DNA of 64,000 bases, taken from NCBI GenBank assembly GCA_903837125.1, contig CAILTG010000025.1, forward strand, positions 1,340-65,339, in the 5' to 3' direction. The notes under the pieces are model-generated. The model was given only the letters and a program-made list of their open reading frames with translations, did no database searches and was not told the origin of the DNA. The position numbers and the translations under genes were made by a program. The stretch is from Candidatus Magasanikiibacteriota bacterium (GTDB lineage: Bacteria > Patescibacteriota > Patescibacteriia > Magasanikbacterales > UBA922). This document shows positions 1 through 5,891 of the stretch, one piece after another (position 1 is the stretch's first letter; the number at the start of each line of letters is the position of its first letter).

Positions 1-397
1 TAAAGTAAGCATCTTCATTGGTGCTTAAAATATCACGCAAATAGTTTTTAAAACCTTCTATACCTTTGTAAATGTAAGAAGCTTCTAGCTGGGGTCTGCT
101 TTCGTATTCTTTCATTAAGCTCGGCATGGCCTTTTCTAAGCGGGTTCTTTTTTCGTCTACAAGTTCTAGCAATTTCATTGGCTCTACTGGTTTAAAAAGG
201 GTATCGCCTCTGCCGATAATTTCAAAAACCAACCCTTTTTCAATTAAGCGATTCATTGAATCATAAATATTGCGGCGGTGAATTTTACTTTTTCTGGAAA
301 TATTAGAAACAGTGGTTTCTTTTTCTTGGAGGAGTGTTTCATAAATTTTTGCTTCATTTATTGAAAGTCCTAATTCATTTAAAATTTGGCTATACAT
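1..397 (-). CDS. TrmB-family transcriptional regulator, partial (C-terminus beyond window edge)
   Basis: Reverse-complement translation from ATG (rc of cat at 395-397) gives MYSQILNELGLSINEAKIYETLLQEKETTVSNISRKS..., an N-terminal TrmB-type HTH closely resembling the second TrmB-like protein at 31232. Not in the ORF track because it runs off the window. Confidence 0.6.
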   Translation of the reverse strand, partial: MYSQILNELGLSINEAKIYETLLQEKETTVSNISRKSKIHRRNIYDSMNRLIEKGLVFEIIGRGDTLFKPVEPMKLLELVDEKRTRLEKAMPSLMKEYESRPQLEASYIYKGIEGFKNYLRDILSTNEDAYF

Positions 398-427
398 AGC
401 GATAATATTATAAAGTGGTGATAACAT

Positions 428-441
428 ACACCACGTGGTGT
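428..441. promoter_or_regulatory. 14-bp perfect palindrome ACACCACGTGGTGT immediately upstream of the partial TrmB gene; candidate operator
   Basis: Perfect inverted repeat read directly from the sequence, about 30 bp upstream of the minus-strand start codon. Confidence 0.35.
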
Positions 442-562
442 TATTTACCACTCGTTTAGTATTATATATACTTCTCGGTTACTCTGCAAGCTGTTGCTGT
501 GCATAACAGGCAGTGGTGGAGCGGAGTGATAGGGTGCTCTTTGAAAAACCAGGGAGAAAATC

Positions 563-1156
563 ATGACAAAGTTTATCACAGTGCTGGCGGTTCTGTTCCT
601 GTCCACAGTGGCCAAGGCTGACGAGTTCAACATCCGGTTCCTGTTGCACGGGCACAAGGAGATCGGCAAGGGGTTCGGGATGTCGGGTTGGGTGATCGCG
701 CCCAACATCACTTCGGCTCCGAGCAAGTGGCTCACCGTCGCAGGCCCGTCATACGACGGCCAGGGCTGGAACATCGAGGCCATGGTCGGGGCGGTCGTCG
801 CGAACGGTCAAGGTAAGGTGCTGATCGACGCCCGACTGGAGCTCACGCCCAAGCTGTTCGGCATTCCGCTCTACACCTGGCACAACTTCCAGTGGATCAA
901 CTCTGGCGGGCGCGGCACGTTCTACTGGTACAGCCAGTTGGACTACGTGCTGCCCAAGGGGGTGGGGCTCCTCGGTGCGGAGACCGAGAACTCCTATGAT
1001 TTTCAGGCGAAAAATGGCGACTTCAGTGTCGCCCCGCAGGTCGTGGTGCCGTTCGGCGAACACTTCGTGCTCGTGGCCGCGCCGCAGTTCCACTTCAACA
1101 AGCTCGGCAAGTACACCGGATTGCAGATGTGGTTCCGGGCGGTGGCGAACTTCTAA
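563..1156 (+). CDS. Secreted protein with signal peptide and C-terminal Phe, putative small outer-membrane beta-barrel, encoded in a GC-rich foreign insert
   Basis: 197-aa ORF; N-terminus MTKFITVLAVLFLSTVAKA is Sec-signal-like; last strand LQMWFRAVANF has alternating hydrophobics and a terminal F (OMP signature). Local GC about 60% versus about 32% in flanks. Overlapping antisense ORFs are GC-driven shadows. Confidence 0.5.
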   Translation: MTKFITVLAVLFLSTVAKADEFNIRFLLHGHKEIGKGFGMSGWVIAPNITSAPSKWLTVAGPSYDGQGWNIEAMVGAVVANGQGKVLIDARLELTPKLFGIPLYTWHNFQWINSGGRGTFYWYSQLDYVLPKGVGLLGAETENSYDFQAKNGDFSVAPQVVVPFGEHFVLVAAPQFHFNKLGKYTGLQMWFRAVANF

Positions 1157-1275
1157 CGTTCTTTTAATATGGGGGTGGTCGACTAATAAAAGGTTAGTCA
1201 ACTCATGCGGCCGGTGCATGTAAAAAACCGGAATTCCTTTTTTACATTATTAACTATAGTGTCAAAAAGAAAACA

Positions 1276-1305
1276 AAAATCCCGACTTATCATCAGGATT
1301 TTTTG
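1276..1305 (+). terminator. Hairpin (AAAATCC...GGATTTT) plus T-run; intrinsic-terminator-like element after the GC-rich gene
   Basis: Inverted repeat followed by TTTTTT. Shares an exact 17-mer (TATCATCAGGATTTTTT) with 21401-21426 on the opposite strand. Confidence 0.4.
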
Positions 1306-1324
1306 TTTGCTGTGGATAAGGTAG

Positions 1325-1353
1325 TTGACATGTGATAGTTTATAGTATATAAT
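1325..1353 (+). promoter_or_regulatory. Sigma70-like promoter (TTGACA-17-TATAAT) for the 1382 gene, with a DnaA-box-like TGTGGATAA at 1311-1319 just upstream
   Basis: TTGACA at 1325-1330, 17-nt spacer, TATAAT at 1348-1353; start codon at 1382. Confidence 0.55.
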
Positions 1354-1381
1354 TCATACTATGAACTATGTACTATAAACT

Positions 1382-2143
1382 ATGAAGACAGATACCAACA
1401 AAAAAATATTTGAATTTATAAAAGAAAAAGGTCAGGTGACTCCTAAGGAAATTGTTAATTTTATTGGTTTTAGCGCTCCAGCTGTTTTTCGTCAGTTAAA
1501 AAAACTCCAAGAGAGTGGTTTAGTGCAAAAGAGTGGCTGTCCGCCTAGTGTGTTTTATCATCTACCAATGACTGAAAAAGAACGGTTAGTCCAAGAGACA
1601 ATCAAATGGGTGTGTGACAAAGAAGCAAATATAATTAATAATCAAGATTTTTATTGTTCGGCTCGGGATATTTTTCAATTTAGAAATGAACGGATATTGA
1701 AAACTTTATTTGACAATGGTGTAAATGAATCGTTATCATACCTTTTAATTGCGGCGATAGGCGAAATTGGCAATAATTCTTTTGATCATAACCTTGGGAA
1801 ATGGCGTGACGTGCCTGGTGTTTATTTTAAAGTTGATATGGGGCAAAGATTAGTTATGCTTGGTGATAGGGGTCAAGGTGTATTCGCAACATTAAATAAA
1901 ATCCGGCCGGATATTGAAAATGATAAGGAAGCTTTGCATATTGCCTTTACTGAAATAGTTTCTGGACGTTCTCCTGAACGCAGAGGTAATGGCCTAAAAT
2001 TTGTAAAAAAGGTGTTAGTGGAAAATAATTTAAAATTATTATTTTATTCTGGCAGAGGATTGTGTGAAATTAAAAATCAACAAGTATTTTTTACTATAAT
2101 AGAAAAAAATATTCTCGGAACCGTTGTGATAATTGAATTTTAA
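1382..2143 (+). CDS. Winged-HTH domain fused to a GHKL (histidine-kinase/RsbW-like) ATPase domain
   Basis: N-terminus KEIVNFIGFSAPAVFRQLKKLQESGLV is wHTH-like. C-terminal half carries N-box-like EIGNNSFDH, a G1-like DRGQG and a G2-like RRGNGLKFV. Confidence 0.6.
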   Translation: MKTDTNKKIFEFIKEKGQVTPKEIVNFIGFSAPAVFRQLKKLQESGLVQKSGCPPSVFYHLPMTEKERLVQETIKWVCDKEANIINNQDFYCSARDIFQFRNERILKTLFDNGVNESLSYLLIAAIGEIGNNSFDHNLGKWRDVPGVYFKVDMGQRLVMLGDRGQGVFATLNKIRPDIENDKEALHIAFTEIVSGRSPERRGNGLKFVKKVLVENNLKLLFYSGRGLCEIKNQQVFFTIIEKNILGTVVIIEF

Positions 2144-2145
2144 AT

Positions 2146-2412
2146 ATGAAATTAGTACTCAAAAAATTTGGAGTAATTTTAACTTCTAGGCCTGCTGGTA
2201 GGGAGGCTTTTAATTCGGTTATGGCTTATGTTTTAGATAAGGTAGAAGCTAGTGAAAAAATTGAAATAGATTTTACAGGCGTGCAAGTTTTAGCACCCTC
2301 TTGGGCCGATGAGTTTATTTCTTCCTTGGCAAAGGAATATCCTGGACAAGTTATTTTGTTGCCCAGTGATAATGCTTCAGTAAAGGCTTCTTTAGAATTT
2401 GTAAAAATTTAA
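2146..2412 (+). CDS. Small STAS-like (DUF4325-like) protein, partner of the upstream GHKL ATPase
   Basis: 88 aa, starts 3 nt after the upstream stop (operonic). Size and sequence pattern fit the STAS-like DUF4325 family that commonly neighbours HATPase proteins; this is a recollection, not a search result. Confidence 0.5.
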   Translation: MKLVLKKFGVILTSRPAGREAFNSVMAYVLDKVEASEKIEIDFTGVQVLAPSWADEFISSLAKEYPGQVILLPSDNASVKASLEFVKI

Positions 2413-2442
2413 TTAAAATATTTTAAAATGTAATAAATGAGT

Positions 2443-2461
2443 TGTCCGAAAAAATCGGACA
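2443..2461. promoter_or_regulatory. Palindrome TGTCCGA-N5-TCGGACA; candidate operator or weak terminator
   Basis: Perfect 7-bp inverted repeat after the 2146-2412 gene. Similar half-sites (CTGTC.GAC...GT.GACAG) recur at 31162-31182 over the TrmB promoter. Confidence 0.3.
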
Positions 2462-2497
2462 GTTAAAATTAATAATAATATTTAATAACATATAAAT

Positions 2498-2720
2498 ATG
2501 AGGGGGAAAATAAATAAATCAATAACTAATTTTGAAAACCAGCCGGTACGTCGTGTTTGGGATGAAGGAAAAGAGAAGTGGTATTTTAACAGAGAGCCAA
2601 GATGGACGGACTTATTGGAAAGTACTTAAACATCGCCTGAATAAAGAGGGGGCGAATCAGTTGGTTACAAATTGTAACCAACTGAAATTGGTGGCTGAAG
2701 ATAAGAAAAAGTTGAGATAA
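2498..2720 (+). pseudogene. Remnant of a DinD/Bro-N-family (DNA-damage-inducible protein D-like) gene, frameshifted and truncated
   Basis: One frame gives MRGKINKSITNFENQPVRRVWDEGKEKWYFN... then stop. An adjacent frame (ORF 2532-2720) gives ...RTYWKVLKHRLNKEGANQLVTNCNQLKL. Together these match the conserved DinD/Bro-N N-terminus (IRRVWDEE..W(W/Y)FSVVD...NYWKVLKHRLKEEG...VTNCNQLK) with an internal deletion and frameshift. Total length about 70 aa versus about 270 aa for an intact protein. Confidence 0.5.
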
Positions 2721-2737
2721 TAATTATATTATAGTAT

Positions 2738-2911
2738 ATGGAAATTCAAGAATTTACCATTTTAATAAATAAATTGATTGAATTGGGTGAAGATAAAAAT
2801 GAATTAACAATGTGGCAGAGTATTTTCCCCAAACTAAAATTAGAGGAAAAGAATAAGTTGTTGAAAAATTTAGAAGATGAATTGAAACAGCTGGAAGCAC
2901 TGAAAAAATAA
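2738..2911 (+). CDS. Small hypothetical coiled-coil protein (57 aa)
   Basis: ATG-to-TAA ORF MEIQEFTILINKLIELGEDKNELTMWQSIFPKLKLEEKNKLLKNLEDELKQLEALKK; below the ORF-track size cutoff; no homology assigned. Confidence 0.25.
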   Translation: MEIQEFTILINKLIELGEDKNELTMWQSIFPKLKLEEKNKLLKNLEDELKQLEALKK

Positions 2912-3010
2912 CCCTAGGATGACCTCCAGGTTTGTTTGCCAAGAAGAGAAAAAGAAGGTAAAATACTAACACGATACAATATACATGGAATAAAATACAA
3001 TATTGTTTTT

Positions 3011-3051
3011 TTCGTGTATATTTTTACGTGTATTTTGTATTTTGTTAAGCT
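3011..3051 (+). promoter_or_regulatory. Conserved upstream element (TACGTGTATTTTGTATTTTGT family) abutting the rmuC start codon; putative promoter for a leaderless transcript
   Basis: About 36 of 41 positions are identical to the element upstream of holA (rc of 5681-5725). The ATG is only 6 nt downstream, with no SD. Confidence 0.4.
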
Positions 3052-4161
3052 ATGCAAACCACACTTCTTATTATAATTTCACTCGGTTTTATTTTCGCCG
3101 TGTTTTTGTTATATATAATGTATAGAAAAATGGGTGATCTGCAAAAACCCCAGACAGGGGATCAGAATTTATTTGTAATGTTGCAAAGTCAGATTCAGGA
3201 ATTGTCCCGCTCCAATCTAGATTTGTCTAAAATGGTAGATCAAAAAATGTCAGATACTCATAAGGTAGTTATGGATAATCAACAGCATTTGCATCAAACT
3301 ATTCAAAATCAATTTTCTCAAAGCGCCAAAATTATTACCGATGTTACCGAGCGTTTAACTAAATTGGATGAAACCAATCGGCAAGTAGTTGGTGTGGCGG
3401 AACAATTGCAAGGCTTAGAAAATGTTTTAAAAAATCCTAAACATCGAGGAGTTTTGGGTGAATATTTTTTAGAGAATGTTTTGAAAAATGTCATGGCGCC
3501 GGGCGGTTATGAAATGCAATATAAATTTAAAGATGGTGATATTGTGGACGCGGTGGTATTTGTAAAAGATAAAATTATTCCGATTGATTCTAAATTTAGT
3601 CTGGAAAATTACAACCGCATTCTAGAAGAAAAAGACGAAAGCAGAAAAGAAGAGCTGGAAAAATTATTTAAACAAGATTTGAAAAATCGTATTGACGAAA
3701 CTGCCAAATATATTAAACCAAAGGAAAATACTATGGATTTTGCCTTTATGTTTATTCCAGCCGAAGGCATTTATTATGATTTGTTAATCAATAAAGTTGG
3801 AGTAATAAAAATGAATACTCAAGATTTAATTGAGTATGCGTTTAAAGATAAGCATGTAATTATTGTTTCACCAACTTCATTTTTTGCTTATTTGCAAACA
3901 GTAATGCAGGGTCTTCGCGCACTTCAAATAGAAGAAAGTGCCAAAGAAATTAGAAAACAAGTAGAACAGCTGGGGAAGCACTTATTATCTTATGAAGATT
4001 ATTTGAAGAAAATGGGTAATAATTTAACGACGACCGTGAACATGTATAATTCCGCTTATAAAGAATTTGGCAAGATTGATAAAGACGTGATGAGAATAAC
4101 GGAAGGGGAGAAGAGCGTAGAACCATTGCAGTTGGAGAAACCGATTCTTGAAAATGACTAA
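3052..4161 (+). CDS. rmuC: DNA recombination protein RmuC
   Basis: N-terminal TM helix, long coiled coil, then a conserved RmuC core (NPKHRGVLGEYFLENVL...FMFIPAEGIYYDLL...VIIVSPTSFFAYL). Confidence 0.8.
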   Translation: MQTTLLIIISLGFIFAVFLLYIMYRKMGDLQKPQTGDQNLFVMLQSQIQELSRSNLDLSKMVDQKMSDTHKVVMDNQQHLHQTIQNQFSQSAKIITDVTERLTKLDETNRQVVGVAEQLQGLENVLKNPKHRGVLGEYFLENVLKNVMAPGGYEMQYKFKDGDIVDAVVFVKDKIIPIDSKFSLENYNRILEEKDESRKEELEKLFKQDLKNRIDETAKYIKPKENTMDFAFMFIPAEGIYYDLLINKVGVIKMNTQDLIEYAFKDKHVIIVSPTSFFAYLQTVMQGLRALQIEESAKEIRKQVEQLGKHLLSYEDYLKKMGNNLTTTVNMYNSAYKEFGKIDKDVMRITEGEKSVEPLQLEKPILEND

Positions 4162-4282
4162 TTTCTAATATCCAATGTCAAATCAATGACAAATACTAAA
4201 TGTCAAAATTTGAAATTTAGTATTTAGATTTTGGATTTTATTGGAAATTGGTAATTGGTAATTTGAAATTACTAAGAATTGC

Positions 4283-4311
4283 TTGACAATTTTAGCTAAG
4301 CATAGTATAGT
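4283..4311 (+). promoter_or_regulatory. Sigma70-like promoter TTGACA-17-TATAGT upstream of rpsT
   Basis: TTGACA at 4283-4288, TATAGT at 4306-4311. Confidence 0.5.
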
Positions 4312-4353
4312 AATGCCACTCTCATGTAAATAATTTATTAAAGAAAAGTTGTT

Positions 4354-4620
4354 ATGCCAATTAAAGAAAATGCCAAGAAGGCTGTGCGTCAGGCAAAAAA
4401 ACATGCGGTCGGTAATTTGGCAGTAAAAACTGCTTTTAAAAAAGCGGTTAAAATAGCCAAAAAAGCCCTTGAAGTTAAAAAGGGTGATGTAAAAGAAGAA
4501 ATTCGTTTAGCTCAAAAAATGTTGGACAAAGCCGTAAAAAAAGGCGTGTTAAAACGTAATGCTGCGGCCAGAAAATTGTCCAGACTGGTGAAAAAAGTGA
4601 ATTTGGTTGCTAAGAAATAG
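4354..4620 (+). CDS. rpsT: 30S ribosomal protein S20
   Basis: 88 aa, basic and Ala/Lys-rich; AKKAVRQAKKHAVGN...KGVLKRNAAARKLSRL matches S20. Confidence 0.9.
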   Translation: MPIKENAKKAVRQAKKHAVGNLAVKTAFKKAVKIAKKALEVKKGDVKEEIRLAQKMLDKAVKKGVLKRNAAARKLSRLVKKVNLVAKK

Positions 4621-4643
4621 AATTTGTATAAAACTAAAATAAA

Positions 4644-4673
4644 CCATCCCGCGAGTGGGGTGGTTTATTGTTT
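4644..4673. terminator. Bidirectional intrinsic terminator between convergent rpsT and holA
   Basis: Hairpin CCATCCC-GCGAGT-GGGGTGG (one G-U pair) followed by TTTATTGTTT. Confidence 0.6.
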
Positions 4674-4705
4674 AGTGGTTATTATGGATAAGAAAAAATG
4701 GGTAA

Positions 4706-5680
4706 CTAGTTGGTAGTTAGTTTTCCTACAAACAAATCCAACATTAAAGACTGGTCGCCTTGGCCAGTTTTTGTTTTAATATCAATTTCTAAAAGTTGCT
4801 CATAAATATTTTTTAATTCAACCATGGTGTAGCGTTTAATTAAAGGCAGAGATTTTTTTACAACGTAGGGATGTAAACCGGTTTTTTGGGCGATTTGGTC
4901 ACTGGTTAATTTGTCTTCACGTTCAAATAAATCACGTAGTTCTAATAAAATTTTAAATTGGCGCAGGATCATGGCAAAAATGTAACCAGCGTCCTCGCCC
5001 TTTCGGTACTGTTCTTGGATCATTTGAAAAACTTGTTTAGTAAGTTTTCCGACAATGGCGTCTACTAAATTAAAAATATTATCATCGATTTTTTCATTTA
5101 AAAATAATTGGACATCGGCTAGTTCAATTTCTAAATTTTGTTTGTAGGCCAGGAGTTGCTCAATTAAAGAATTTAATTTCCAGGTATCTCCCAAGCTATT
5201 ATTCATTAAATAAGAAAGAGCTGCTTGGTTGATGGTGCCTGTCTGTTCTTTAATTTCCTGGTTAATCCAAGCAGCTAATTTGGTTCCAGTTAGAATTTCA
5301 AAATTTTGTGAATATTTTTCTTTGCTCAATATTTCCCATAATTCTTTGGCCACTTTGGTTTTAGGTTTTTCTTCTCCTTCCCAAAATATATAATTGTTGC
5401 ATTCGGGCAGGTTTTTGGTATTAATTTTTTGTAAGACATTTTCTTGTGCCTCTTGTTTTTTGGTGGCTGATAATAAATTTTATAAAATAACCAATTTTTT
5501 TTCGGCCAAAAAAGGCGGAGTTAAAATTTGCTCTAAAATATAAGAAGGTTCACTGACGCGGCAGTCCAAAACGACAACATTAAAACCTTGCGGGTCACGA
5601 TCCGTTTTAAATTTTTCGATCATTTTTTTGAGTTGTTTCCGGCTTCTAAAGGTGTCTGGACCGGAGAGGAAGATGAGCAT
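4706..5680 (-). CDS. holA: DNA polymerase III delta subunit (HolA) interrupted by a single in-frame TAA (rc of 5480-5482); possible pseudogene, sequencing error or readthrough
   Basis: ORFs 5480..5800(-) and 4706..5353(-) are in the same frame (5800-5353 = 447 = 3x149). N-terminal part MLIFLSGPDTFRSRKQLKKMIEKF... and C-terminal part both match HolA. Reading through the stop gives a continuous HolA. Probable start is ATG (rc of 5678-5680). Confidence 0.6.
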
Positions 5681-5725
5681 AATTACAAAACACAAAATAC
5701 ACGTATAAATATACAACATATCTGT
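5681..5725 (-). promoter_or_regulatory. Conserved upstream element (same family as 3011-3051) abutting the holA start codon
   Basis: rc reads ...ATGTTGTATATTTATACGTGTATTTTGTGTTTTGTAATTATG. Confidence 0.4.
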
Positions 5726-5891
5726 ATTTAAATCCAGGCATATTGTATTTTTCCATTCTGATACTTTTATATTAGAGCGCAAGGCTTTTGGCTTATACAC
5801 ACTAACCGGTTTTTATTTAAGGGCTATTATGGTATAATTTGCATGAGAATTGCCTTCTTGATAAGGCAAATGTTGTTTAATTTTTTTAAAT

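Noticed and set aside
445-1223. Three extra ORFs (445-783 minus, 749-1219 minus, 975-1223 plus) overlapping the GC-rich gene
   Set aside because: Typical shadow ORFs created by high GC (few stop codons) on the non-coding frames and strands; only the 563-1156 frame has a signal peptide and coherent protein features.
2754-2972. 72-aa minus-strand ORF
   Set aside because: Hydrophobic, low-complexity translation of AT-rich spacer; the plus-strand 57-aa ORF in the same region is slightly more gene-like but also weak.
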